From NCBI GenBank assembly GCA_044222185.1, contig JBGANV010000003.1, positions 160,001 through 224,000 on the forward strand: a stretch of 64,000 nucleotides of DNA, in the 5' to 3' direction. Below are positions 28,231-37,803 of the stretch, one piece after another (the stretch's first letter is position 1; the number at the start of each line of letters is the position of its first letter). The DNA comes from Planctomycetota bacterium. Lineage in GTDB: Bacteria; Planctomycetota; GCA-002687715; CAIWVZ01. The notes under the pieces are model-generated. The model searched no databases, was not told where the DNA came from, and saw only the letters and a list, made by a program, of their open reading frames with translations. Both the position numbers and the translations under genes were made by a program.

Positions 28231-30105
28231 ATGACGACGCGTGAAGATCAGTCAGACAGCATCTCCGAGTTCACGCTGAAGGCCGTGGTCGCTGGCGTCG
28301 GCTTCGGAATCCTCTTCGGAGCGGCCAACGCGTACCTGGGGCTGAAGGCTGGCCTCACGGTCTCGACCTCCATCCCCATCGCCGTCCTCTCGACCGCCGT
28401 GTTCCGGCTGATGTCGCGCCGAGGCGGCACGATCCTCGAAGCGAACATGGCGCAAACGATCGGCAGCGCCAGCTCGTCGCTCGCAAGCGGCACGATCTTC
28501 ACCGTCCCTGCGCTGTTCATGTGGGGCGTGGTCCCGCCGATCCACCAAGTGGCGATCCTGGCGTGGTGCGGAGGCGTCCTGGGCATCCTCGCCATGATCC
28601 CGCTCCGGCGCCTCCTGATCGTCCAGGCGGACAAGGAACTCCCCTACCCTGAAGGTCGCGCCTGCGCCGACGTCCTCCGCGCCGCGGGAGATTCCGCATC
28701 CAGCCGCTGGATCTTCATCGGGCTCGCCACCGGTGCCGCGGTGAAGGTGCTCGGCTCGTTCTTCAAGCTGCTTCCCGAAAGTGCGAGCTGCCCGCTCGGC
28801 GCCCTCCCGAACGCCACGCTCGCCATCGCGATCGCCCCCGCACTTCTCGCGGTCGGGTACATCGTCGGCTTTCGCGCCTCATCGATCATGGTGGGGGGAA
28901 GCCTCCTCACTGCGATCGTCCTCGCGCCGCTGATCACGCGCATGCACGGCGAGGGGGTCGCTGCGGCGAAGGCGACTCTGGCGCCGCTGACGGCCGGCGA
29001 CGTGCGCAGCCGCTACATCATCTTCATCGGCGCCGGCGCGGTCGCAGCCGCGGGCATCATCACCGTGATCAAGACGGTGCCGACGATGGCATCCTCACTT
29101 CTGGCGGTCGTACGCGGATTGAAATCCCAGGCCTCCGGCGTGACGGACTCGGAGCGGACGGACCGGGATCTCCCCTCCGGCGTGATCATCGCCGGGCTCC
29201 TGATCCTCGTGCTCGTCCTGGGATTCGTACCGGGCGTCTTCGCGGGGAACCTCACGTTCGGTGGCCGTCTCGCCGCCGCAGCGAGCGTCGCCGTCTTCGG
29301 TTTCCTTTTCGTGCCGGTCTCCTCACGACTCGTGGGGCTCATCGGCGTTTCCTCCAACCCCACGTCCGCCATGGCGCTGATCACTCTGACGACCTGCGCC
29401 GCGATCTTCGCGCTCATGGGATGGTCCGGCATCGACGCCAAGGCCGCCGTGCTCACGGTCGGAACCGTCGTCTGCGTCGCGGCGTCGAAGGCCGGTGACA
29501 TCTCCCAGGATCTGAAGACCGGCTGGCTCGTCGGCGGGACGCCGGCGCGCCAGCAGTTCGGACAGTTGATCGCCGCGGCATGCGCCTGCTGGGCCGTCGC
29601 GGCCGTCGTTTGCGCGCTCGGGGAGAAACCAGGCTTCACGGGCCCCGGGGCCATGGCTGCGCCGCAGGCGAAGCTGATGAAGACGGTGGTGGAGGCCGTC
29701 CTCGGCGAGACTCTCGATTGGGGCCTCCTGCTCACGGGCATCTCCCTCGGCGGAATCGGATTCCTCGTCGGTCTTCCGCCTCTGCAGCTCGCGCTGGGCA
29801 TCTACCTGCCTCTGGGAACCATGGCAGCGATCTTCGTCGGAGGCTGCGCTCGCAAGTACTCCGAATCACGACCCGGCGTCACCGAGAGTCACGTCCAGAA
29901 GGGCGTGCTCTGCGCGTCCGGCCTCGTCGCCGGCGAGGGCCTCGCCGGCGTGGCCTACGCCATCAACGCGTTCGTGCGAAACCTGGACCGGGAACAGGCG
30001 CCCCCGCCATCCACTACCCAGCAGTGGGCGGGCGTCGCGATCGTGCTCTGCGTCGCGATCCTGCTGGCGTGGTCGGCGCGTCGCACCGCGCCGGCGCCAC
30101 GCTGA
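28231..30105 (+). CDS. OPT-family oligopeptide transporter
   Basis: NAYLGLKAGLTVSTSIP, LPYPEG, GVSSNP, QDLKTG and APQA.LM motifs; many TM helices. Confidence 0.95.
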   Translation: MTTREDQSDSISEFTLKAVVAGVGFGILFGAANAYLGLKAGLTVSTSIPIAVLSTAVFRLMSRRGGTILEANMAQTIGSASSSLASGTIFTVPALFMWGVVPPIHQVAILAWCGGVLGILAMIPLRRLLIVQADKELPYPEGRACADVLRAAGDSASSRWIFIGLATGAAVKVLGSFFKLLPESASCPLGALPNATLAIAIAPALLAVGYIVGFRASSIMVGGSLLTAIVLAPLITRMHGEGVAAAKATLAPLTAGDVRSRYIIFIGAGAVAAAGIITVIKTVPTMASSLLAVVRGLKSQASGVTDSERTDRDLPSGVIIAGLLILVLVLGFVPGVFAGNLTFGGRLAAAASVAVFGFLFVPVSSRLVGLIGVSSNPTSAMALITLTTCAAIFALMGWSGIDAKAAVLTVGTVVCVAASKAGDISQDLKTGWLVGGTPARQQFGQLIAAACACWAVAAVVCALGEKPGFTGPGAMAAPQAKLMKTVVEAVLGETLDWGLLLTGISLGGIGFLVGLPPLQLALGIYLPLGTMAAIFVGGCARKYSESRPGVTESHVQKGVLCASGLVAGEGLAGVAYAINAFVRNLDREQAPPPSTTQQWAGVAIVLCVAILLAWSARRTAPAPR

Positions 30106-30849
30106 TCATTCCGGCGGTGCGCCCCGCGGATCGGTGAACAAACGCTCGATCTCGGCCGGCGTGAGCTCGCGACATCGACCGGCCGTCAGGTCGCCGGGAA
30201 GATCGAACGCACCGATGCGGTCGCGGTGCAGTTCGACCACTTCGGCGCCGCATGCCGTGAACATCCGCCGGACCTGGTGGTAGCGGCCCTCATCCAGGAT
30301 CACGGTGGCACGACCGCGCCCGTCGGGAGTGCGTTCGTGGATCTCGAGGGTGGCAGGTTTCGTCGGCTCTTCGTCGTCGTCGATCCGGATGCCGCGTGCG
30401 AACCTCGCGACCGAGTCGGGCTTGAGCTCGCCCGAGTATCCCACGCGGTAGCGCCGCGGAACGTGCCGACGCGGGTGAGTCAGCCGTTGGATGAACTGCC
30501 CTTCCGTCGAGAGCACGAGCAGCCCGGAAGTCTCCCGGTCGAGGCGCCCCGCAGCCTCGAGCCCCGCGGTGACGAACGCAGGAGGCAGAAGCTCGTAGAG
30601 GGTCGGGCTCTCCGCCGGGTCGTGGCTGCAGCTGTAGCCAACGGGCTTGTGGACGACGACGTGGAGGACGTCCTTCGGCCGTTCCACCCGCTCGCCGTCG
30701 AAGGCGACGTCGTTACCGTCGACGATCTGGGCCGGGTCGCGACACACCGCCCCATCGACGGTCACCCGCCCCCTGCGAACGAGGGCCTTCGCGCCGCTGC
30801 GCGAGGCGATCCCCGATCGACTCAGAAATGCGTCGAGACGTTCTCGCAT
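30106..30849 (-). CDS. rsuA: RsuA-family rRNA pseudouridine synthase
   Basis: S4 domain (RLDAFLS...SRS) plus HKPVGY, GRLDRETSGLL and EGRYHQVRRMF motifs. Confidence 0.88.
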   Translation of the reverse strand: MRERLDAFLSRSGIASRSGAKALVRRGRVTVDGAVCRDPAQIVDGNDVAFDGERVERPKDVLHVVVHKPVGYSCSHDPAESPTLYELLPPAFVTAGLEAAGRLDRETSGLLVLSTEGQFIQRLTHPRRHVPRRYRVGYSGELKPDSVARFARGIRIDDDEEPTKPATLEIHERTPDGRGRATVILDEGRYHQVRRMFTACGAEVVELHRDRIGAFDLPGDLTAGRCRELTPAEIERLFTDPRGAPPE

Positions 30850-30964
30850 GTCGTCTGTCCCACCCCGCAAGCGCCCCTGGACCGGGAGTGGTGCGCAGCG
30901 TAACAAGCGGCCCAGCCTGGCCCGGCCCGCCCGCGCGGGACGTCGGCGATGGAGATCCTCGGTC

Positions 30965-32212
30965 ATGACGATGCAGACGGCGGCGATGCGGCGCATCGCA
31001 GTGGTTCTCGGACTGTGCGCGACGTTCGGGCTGTCCCAGGAGACGCGGCCAGCGGCGCCGGGAAGCACGGTCGACTGGGCGAAGGACCTCGGCGCCCTCG
31101 TTCACGGGATCGAGGAGCACCACGTGGCGCCGTTCACGATGATTTCGAAGGACTCGTTCCTCGAGAAGGCAGACGCGCTCGCAATGCGGATTCGCACGCT
31201 CGGGGACGACGAAGCCGAAGTGGCGCTCCAGGCCCTCGTCGCCGAGCTCAAGGATGGCCACACGCTCATCGCGCTCAAGAACACGCAGCGAGATCCCATG
31301 CCGATTCGCTTCGCGTCATGGTCCGATGGCGTGCGCGTCTTCTCGATCGATCCGGCGAACAGGCGCGCGCTCGGCTGCAAGCTCGCCGCCATCGACGGCA
31401 TGCCGATCGAGGCGGTGATGGCGCGGCTTGCATCGGTGATCTCTCGCGACTCGGATCCGGCGCTCGACGCCCAGGCCTTCTGGCGCCTTCCGCAAGCACG
31501 GGTGCTCCGCGGCTTGGGCATCGTGAAGGATGCGTCGAAGGTGACGTACCGTCTCGCACCGGACGAAGGCGAGCCATTCGACCTCGCCTTGTCGCCGGGG
31601 ATGCTTGGCAGGGACGCCGTCTACGCGGCACCCAAACGAGCGGCAACGACCGACCAGCGCGGTCGCAAGTGGCACCACCACGAGGTCGTCGACGGCTCGA
31701 TCCTCTACATCCAGTACAACCAGTGCTCGACGTCGAAGGAGCAGGACATCAGCGTCTTCGGCGAAGCCATGGAGAAGATCCTCTGCTCGGGATCGATCAA
31801 GGCGATCGTCTTCGACCTCCAGTACAACGGCGGCGGCAACTCGACGCTCGGGGACCTGCTGTTCGCGCGGCTCGGGCGGCAATCGCCGATGAAGGAGAAG
31901 AAGAACGTCTTCTGCATCATCGGACCGCAGACCTTCAGCTCGGCGATCCTCAACACGTTGTCGCTGCGCAAGGGTTTCGGCGCGGTGGTGATCGGCCGCC
32001 CGACCGGGCAGGGACCGGATCACTTCGGCGAGGTGAAGGCGTTCACGCTCCCCAGCTCGGGGCTGACGGTCCAGTACTCCTCGAAGGACTTCCGTCGCGG
32101 CGCCGGCAACGAGCGGTCGATCATGCCCGATCACGTCGTCGGGCGGACCTTCGCCGAATACCAGGCGGGAAAAGACCCGCTGCTCGACAAGGTCCGCGAA
32201 CTCATGAAGTGA
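30965..32212 (+). CDS. Secreted S41-family (tail-specific protease-like) peptidase
   Basis: Signal peptide plus DGHT, DLQYNGGG, TFSSA, G.PTG and I.PD motifs. Confidence 0.8.
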   Translation: MTMQTAAMRRIAVVLGLCATFGLSQETRPAAPGSTVDWAKDLGALVHGIEEHHVAPFTMISKDSFLEKADALAMRIRTLGDDEAEVALQALVAELKDGHTLIALKNTQRDPMPIRFASWSDGVRVFSIDPANRRALGCKLAAIDGMPIEAVMARLASVISRDSDPALDAQAFWRLPQARVLRGLGIVKDASKVTYRLAPDEGEPFDLALSPGMLGRDAVYAAPKRAATTDQRGRKWHHHEVVDGSILYIQYNQCSTSKEQDISVFGEAMEKILCSGSIKAIVFDLQYNGGGNSTLGDLLFARLGRQSPMKEKKNVFCIIGPQTFSSAILNTLSLRKGFGAVVIGRPTGQGPDHFGEVKAFTLPSSGLTVQYSSKDFRRGAGNERSIMPDHVVGRTFAEYQAGKDPLLDKVRELMK

Positions 32213-32249
32213 CGTCGCTCCGGCGGGACTCGCTCGGCCCGCTGGCCCG

Positions 32250-34340
32250 TCAGAGGTCGATTTCCCTGACCTCCCCCGGATTGACGACGAACGTCGACGA
32301 CCCGGCGGAGCCACCCTTCAACGCGCCGAAGACCGCGCCCAAGTCGGGTTGATCGTTCCGCTTCATGACGCTGATCCGGTAGCTCCCGGTCGCGAGTCCG
32401 GAGAACTCGAATCGCCCCTCCGCGTTGGTCGCGGCATCGCGCGGGCCATCGATGGCGTTGGCATCGAGCGGGGTCAACTGCACCGCGGCCTTGGGGTCGG
32501 GCACTCCGTTGGAGAGCACGCGCCCGCGGACGATGGCCCCGAGCGTCAGGACGATGTCCCGCAGGGTCGACTCCCCGGTCGCCGGTACGCTCGTACCGGC
32601 GACGACCGCCGGAGCGAATCGCTCGTGTCGCACGGAGACCGTGTAGGTACCTGCCGGTACCGTGGAGATCTCGAACCGACCGGCGGAATCGGTCGTGACA
32701 TCCCTGGTCTCCCGCCGGACGACTCTCTCGATCAAGGCGGAGAACGGGTTCGTGGGCACCGCCGTCTTCGGTGCGACGTCGAACGAGACGAACGCGCCGA
32801 TCACAGGCTGATGACGCGCGTCCACGACCCGACCCCGGATGACCGCGCCCTTCATCAGGCGGATTTCCACGCCCGTGCGGCGCTCGCCCTCCGCAAGCAC
32901 GATCTCGCCCGTGCGGCCTCCCGCGTATCCCGGCGCGTCCGCGACGAAGCAGTAGCGCCCCGCGTGCAGGCTCCCGTAGTCGAACGTCCCGTCCTTGAAC
33001 CGCGGCGGACCGAACGCCCGCATCGTCGCCTGCATCGGAAAACCGTCATCGGTCGAGTTCCGGAATCCCAGCCGGAACTCCGGCACCGGCTGGCCGGTCG
33101 CGTCGTCGACGACTCGACCGAGGACTCGCGCGAGCGATGGAAGCCGGAAGTCGACGCCGGACGTTCCGGCCTCGATGGGGCGGTGCGTCACGGAGAGATA
33201 GTCGGACGTCGTGGCGGCCACGGCGTACCCACCGACGCGCAGCCCGGTGATGACGTAGGAGCCGTCCGGGCCCGTCCGCACGCAATCGAGCGTGGTGAGC
33301 GGCGCCCCGTCCGGGGCACGCTTGATGGCCTCCGCGGCGGCGGTCTCGTCGCTGCCAGTGCCGTCCGCCGGGTGCTTGGGGTCCGCGAGCGCCTTTGGGC
33401 TCGGGAGCGTCCGGTGATCGGCCACCGCCTCGCGTGGCGACCCCTGGACGGAGACCCAGACTCCGGCGATCGGCGCGCCCGTGTCGGCGGCGGCGACGTG
33501 TCCCGAGATCGTGAGGCCTGCATCCAGCCAGAACTCCAAGCGCCCCGCGTCGGCACCGACCGGCACCATCAGGCTCGGGATCACCCCCGTGGCGAAGGAT
33601 GCATGACGCGCGAGGACCTTCTTCAGCCCTGGCGAGAGGCTGGCCGCACGGAACGAGCCCGTGCCATCGGTGGTGGCCGACTTCTCCAGCGCTCCCACCG
33701 GGTCGAGAGCGCTGGCCCGCTGGTCGTAGAAGCTCACGGTCGCGCCGGCGATGGGCGCTCCCGCGCCATCGCGGACGAAGCCCGTCACGGCCTGCCCGCT
33801 CGTGAGAACGACCCGCAGCGACGCGGCCCCGGCGGCACCCAACGTGACCGGTCCAACCCGCGCAACGGTGAAATCCGCATGCGAGACTCGGACCAGGTAC
33901 GCCTGCCCCGGTGGAACGTCGCTCATCGGAAACGCGAAGAGCCCGCTCCCATCAGACCGCGTGCGGGCCTGCGGATCGCCGTCCTGCGTGCGAGTCCGGA
34001 TCGCGGACACGTCGACGACGAGTTCGCAAAGGGCATCGCTGACGGGCACCCCGCCATCGGAGATCACCACGCCCCCGATCCCATCAGTGACCCTCGCGGC
34101 GGTGCCCTCGAATCGCGACACGGTCACAGCCGGGCCTGAATCCGCCTTTGCGGGTGGGATCTGCGCGCCATTTCGATCCGCGACCGGACGTTGGGGCGGT
34201 GCCTCGAGCGGAGCCGGTGCATACGGGCCGCCGGCGGTCTTGCCGGGCTCGTCCCCGGGGGGCGCAAGGAACGACCAGCCGAGAGCGGCCAGTCCCACCG
34301 CGACGATCAAGAAGATCAGTACCCCAATCGGTCGCTTCAT
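32250..34340 (-). CDS. Membrane-anchored protein with tandem carboxypeptidase-regulatory-like (CarboxypepD_reg) domains
   Basis: N-terminal TM helix and repeated G.V.D..G.P..GA.V / TD..G.F....L..G.Y units. Confidence 0.85.
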   Translation of the reverse strand: MKRPIGVLIFLIVAVGLAALGWSFLAPPGDEPGKTAGGPYAPAPLEAPPQRPVADRNGAQIPPAKADSGPAVTVSRFEGTAARVTDGIGGVVISDGGVPVSDALCELVVDVSAIRTRTQDGDPQARTRSDGSGLFAFPMSDVPPGQAYLVRVSHADFTVARVGPVTLGAAGAASLRVVLTSGQAVTGFVRDGAGAPIAGATVSFYDQRASALDPVGALEKSATTDGTGSFRAASLSPGLKKVLARHASFATGVIPSLMVPVGADAGRLEFWLDAGLTISGHVAAADTGAPIAGVWVSVQGSPREAVADHRTLPSPKALADPKHPADGTGSDETAAAEAIKRAPDGAPLTTLDCVRTGPDGSYVITGLRVGGYAVAATTSDYLSVTHRPIEAGTSGVDFRLPSLARVLGRVVDDATGQPVPEFRLGFRNSTDDGFPMQATMRAFGPPRFKDGTFDYGSLHAGRYCFVADAPGYAGGRTGEIVLAEGERRTGVEIRLMKGAVIRGRVVDARHQPVIGAFVSFDVAPKTAVPTNPFSALIERVVRRETRDVTTDSAGRFEISTVPAGTYTVSVRHERFAPAVVAGTSVPATGESTLRDIVLTLGAIVRGRVLSNGVPDPKAAVQLTPLDANAIDGPRDAATNAEGRFEFSGLATGSYRISVMKRNDQPDLGAVFGALKGGSAGSSTFVVNPGEVREIDL

Positions 34341-34389
34341 CGCCGTCTCCCGGAACGGCGGCTGCGATCGGCAGCCACCAACCGGCAGA

Positions 34390-34420
34390 GATCGACGTCG
34401 GCGTCCGAAACCGAATTCCC
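34390..34420 (-). promoter_or_regulatory. Putative ECF-sigma promoter GGGAAT-N17-CGTCGATC
   Basis: Identical boxes and spacing to 5019-5049; lies 49 nt upstream of ATG 34340. Confidence 0.5.
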
Positions 34421-34610
34421 GAACGTCCAAGACACCGTGTCGCAGGGCTGCGCGACTCAAAAGACCCGGCTTGGTACTTCCGGATTCGGGCTCGGAGGAC
34501 TACGCTCGCCGCTGATGCAACCCGGACGTGCGTGTGCCCGTCCGCGACCGCAGGGGCGCCAATGCCGGCGCCGAGAGAGTTCTCACCCATCCAACATGGA
34601 GTCCGTCCCG

Positions 34611-35687
34611 ATGAGAGTTTCCGCCATCCTGATCGCAACCGCGCTGACCACGACGCTCGCCGTCGCGCAGACGTTCCCGAACGGCCTCTACTACCGATTC
34701 AACGAAGGGGCGGGCACCGCCACGCAGAACCTGGCGAATCCCCAGGTCGGAACAGCATTCGGCAACTTCGTCGGCTCACCCACCTGGACGGCCGGTCAAT
34801 TCGGCACCGCCTACGCCAACACCGGGGTCGCCACCAACTACGTCGACTCCGGGTGGCCGGTCAATTTCACGAACACGTCGTGGACCCTCGAGTATTGGGT
34901 CAGCCTCAACTCGATCACGACGACGATCAGCTACATGTGCGGTGACACGTCGACGGGCTTCCGCACGTTCAGCGGCGGTGTCGCCGGGTCGAACGGCATC
35001 ATCCTCCGCGGCACCGGAATCACCGACTGCTGGATCAACCCGGCCGTGAGCGCCGCCGCCACGTGGGCGCACGTCGCGTGGGTCTACGACAACTCGGTCA
35101 CTCCGAAGGTGATCTACGGCTACCTGAACGGCGTGCTCGCCGTGACGTCGGTGCAGGCCACCCCCATCACGGTGACCTCGGCGAACAACTTCCGGGTCGG
35201 CGCCCAGACGACCGCCACGGCGCTCAATGGCTCGATGGACGAGTTCCGGCTCTGGTTCGTCGCGCGTTCGGCGGCCGACATCATCGCGAACTACAACCTC
35301 GAGGTGAACGATCGCAACATCCTCAACGTCACGACGACGGGCGCCGGCACTGGGGACCTCGCGGTCTCGTTGACGAACATCGACCCGAATGCCGTAGAGG
35401 GCTATTTGCTCATCTCCGCCACGCCGCCAGCCATCGTCGGAACGGGCCCGCTCCTCGGACTGAACCCGGACGGTCTGACCTGGTCGATCTTCAGCATTCC
35501 GTCGTTCCCCGGGAACCCGCTCCACTTCCCGATCGGATTCGTCGGCTTCTTCCCTGACGTGCCGTTCACCGTCGGCGCGGGAGGCGGAGCCGTCTTCGCT
35601 GGCCAGACGTGGGATTTCGCCGCCGCCGTGTTGGGCACGGGTGTGACGTACCTGGGGCGATCCGGAGTGAAGCGCATCACCTGGTGA
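34611..35687 (+). CDS. Secreted LamG/concanavalin-like protein with a C-terminal extension
   Basis: Signal peptide, YYRFNEGAG, WTLEYW, WAHVAWVYD, YLNGV and GSMDEFRLW motifs. The tail is a divergent version of the recurrent domain. Confidence 0.85.
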   Translation: MRVSAILIATALTTTLAVAQTFPNGLYYRFNEGAGTATQNLANPQVGTAFGNFVGSPTWTAGQFGTAYANTGVATNYVDSGWPVNFTNTSWTLEYWVSLNSITTTISYMCGDTSTGFRTFSGGVAGSNGIILRGTGITDCWINPAVSAAATWAHVAWVYDNSVTPKVIYGYLNGVLAVTSVQATPITVTSANNFRVGAQTTATALNGSMDEFRLWFVARSAADIIANYNLEVNDRNILNVTTTGAGTGDLAVSLTNIDPNAVEGYLLISATPPAIVGTGPLLGLNPDGLTWSIFSIPSFPGNPLHFPIGFVGFFPDVPFTVGAGGGAVFAGQTWDFAAAVLGTGVTYLGRSGVKRITW

Positions 35688-36213
35688 GGGGTGACTCGAA
35701 GTGATCCGGCGGGCGCCGCGACGGCGCCCGCGCTCGGCACACGGACTCCGACTCGGAACCCCCGAACGCGCCGAGGACTGCTTCACGAATCGACGTTCGA
35801 CCGAGCCCGGCGCGGATGAGACCGGTGGCGGCACCGGGAACCGCCCGCGCCGAGGTGACGCCTGCTCACGCGCCCCGGTCGTCCGCGTGATCGACGACGC
35901 TGCGGCCCTGTTCCGAGGAACTTGCGTCGCGGGCGCTCCGATCCCTGCCGCGCTGGCGCTCGACGCCAGGAGCTCGCGGCCGGCTCGCGCGCGTTCCGCC
36001 GAGCCCCGCGGCGGCCTCTCCAACGTCCCCATCGGACGCGCGTCTTCGACGACGAACGAACGGCCGTCGCGGCGGCGCATGATCACACGTGCCGGCCGAT
36101 CGGTCGGGATTACCCGTCCGGTACCAACGCCGTCGCTCCCTCGAGGGCGGCCACCGGCCGTCGCCGTGCATCGGGCAGGGCAATCGGCGTCGAGATGGTC
36201 TGACACCAGCATC

Positions 36214-36229
36214 AGGCACGGGAGTTGCA
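36214..36229 (+). promoter_or_regulatory. Putative sigma54 (-24/-12) promoter
   Basis: AGGCACG-GGAG-TTGCA, compared with consensus TGGCACG-N4-TTGCW; GG-N10-GC spacing is exact. Confidence 0.65.
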
Positions 36230-36284
36230 AAACGCCGCCCAGGTCCGGCCCTCCCGTTCGAACCCAAACCGAAGAGGTCATCCG

Positions 36285-36389
36285 ATGAAGAAGTCGATCC
36301 AGGGGAAGGTTTCGGCTCTGTTGCTGTGGCTGCTCGGCATTCCGCTTCCGATCGTGCTGCTGATCGTGCTGTTCAGAGGATGCTCGTGA
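36285..36389 (+). CDS. 34-aa single-TM microprotein MKKSIQGKVSALLLWLLGIPLPIVLLIVLFRGCS
   Basis: Hand translation (below the ORF-track cutoff). GAAGAGG RBS, upstream sigma54 site, and hydrophobic core WLLGIPLPI. Confidence 0.75.
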   Translation: MKKSIQGKVSALLLWLLGIPLPIVLLIVLFRGCS

Positions 36390-37071
36390 ACCGCGCGACT
36401 TCGAGCTGAAACAGGTGCGACCGGGCAGAAGCCATGCGCGGAGCGCGAGCAGGAGGATCGCCCCGCGCGCGGGGCCGAGATCGAACGGGTGCCGCACGCG
36501 GTCGAGCTCGTACCCACGGCCCTGCGAAGGCACGACGGCCCGACGATCGGGCCCTGAGAAAGCCCATCGACGGATCGAGCCCGGCCGGCGCGAACCTGGA
36601 GGACGCTGCCCGCATCGAGGGAACGCGGGGCGTGGCGCGACGAGTCCTGCGCCCGACCTTGCGCCCGACCTTGCGCGAGAAACGCCTGCGAGTCCCAACG
36701 GAGCGGAGACTCCCGCGCTCAGAAGCCGAGTCCTCCGTCTCGAGGCTCGCGAACGCGACGACGTTGCGTCGCGTGAACGTCGGACCCGCGACGACCGTGC
36801 GGTCGTCCCCCGAGGCCAGGCCGTTCGATCGCGTCGTCGCACGGAACATCGACGGGAATTCGCCGTGAACGACCCTGGTCGCGAAGGGACGTCGATCCCA
36901 GATGAGCTCCGATTCTCACGACGCGGGCGGGATCGTCCGGCAGGCTGCGCGCGAGGGTCGTCGTGCGCCGCACCGCGGTGATGGCGCTCGGAGCGCCAGC
37001 CGCGGTCGACGCGGCTCGCGACCTGGCGCGGCCTGAATTGATGGCTCGGCGCTCGTCGAGGAACCTCCTGC

Positions 37072-37803
37072 ATGACCGCCACCGTCCGGCTCGCCGTCAT
37101 CGGAGACATCCACGCGCACACGGAGTACCTCACCCGGGTCCTTCGGCGTATCGCCGACGTTGGCGCGGACGGCGTCCTCCTGGTCGGAGATCTCGGCTCG
37201 CATCACCTCGGCTAGGTCAGCCGTCGAACGCCGGAACGCGACGCGCGATACCTCGCCTCCGTAGACGACGTTCTCGATCGCGTGCGCGCGCCGGGGCTCC
37301 CCGTGGTCTACGTCCCTGGGAACCACGACCTTCCCACGCTCGATCGAGACGGGAACGTGGACGGCCGCGTCACGCAGATCGCCGGCCAGAGGATCTTGGG
37401 CATCGGTGGAGCCGGTCCCGCGCGCTTTGGATTCGCGTATGAGTGGGACGAGGACGAGATCCGCCGGCGCCCGGCACCGCCGTGCGACGTCATCCTCTCG
37501 CATACGCCGCCCGCGAACACGCCCCTGGATCGACTGGCCTCCGGCGCCGGTCACGTGGGCAGTCTGGCGATCCGTGAACGTGCGGAGGCCCACGACGGCG
37601 TCCTCGTCTGCGGGCACATTCACGAATCGCCGTCGGGGGTCCAGATCGGGCGCTGTCTGTGCGTGAACGCCGGCGGACTGGGCCGTCCCTTCGGCCGGGC
37701 GCAGGTCGCGTTCATCGAGCGTGATCCGACCTCGTGGACGGCGTGGCACGAAGACTTGGATGACGGCCGCGTTCAGCGCTGGGGTCTTGCGACCGCGAGG
37801 TGA
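37072..37803 (+). pseudogene. Calcineurin-like metallophosphoesterase interrupted by one in-frame TAG (37213-37215)
   Basis: GDIH and GD lie upstream of the stop; PGNHD, SHTPP and CGHIHE lie downstream in the same frame. Confidence 0.8.

Noticed and set aside
14637-37215. Stop-codon reassignment to explain the two in-frame stops
   Set aside because: The stops differ (TAA and TAG), and TAG terminates cheA, pgl and mpg normally.
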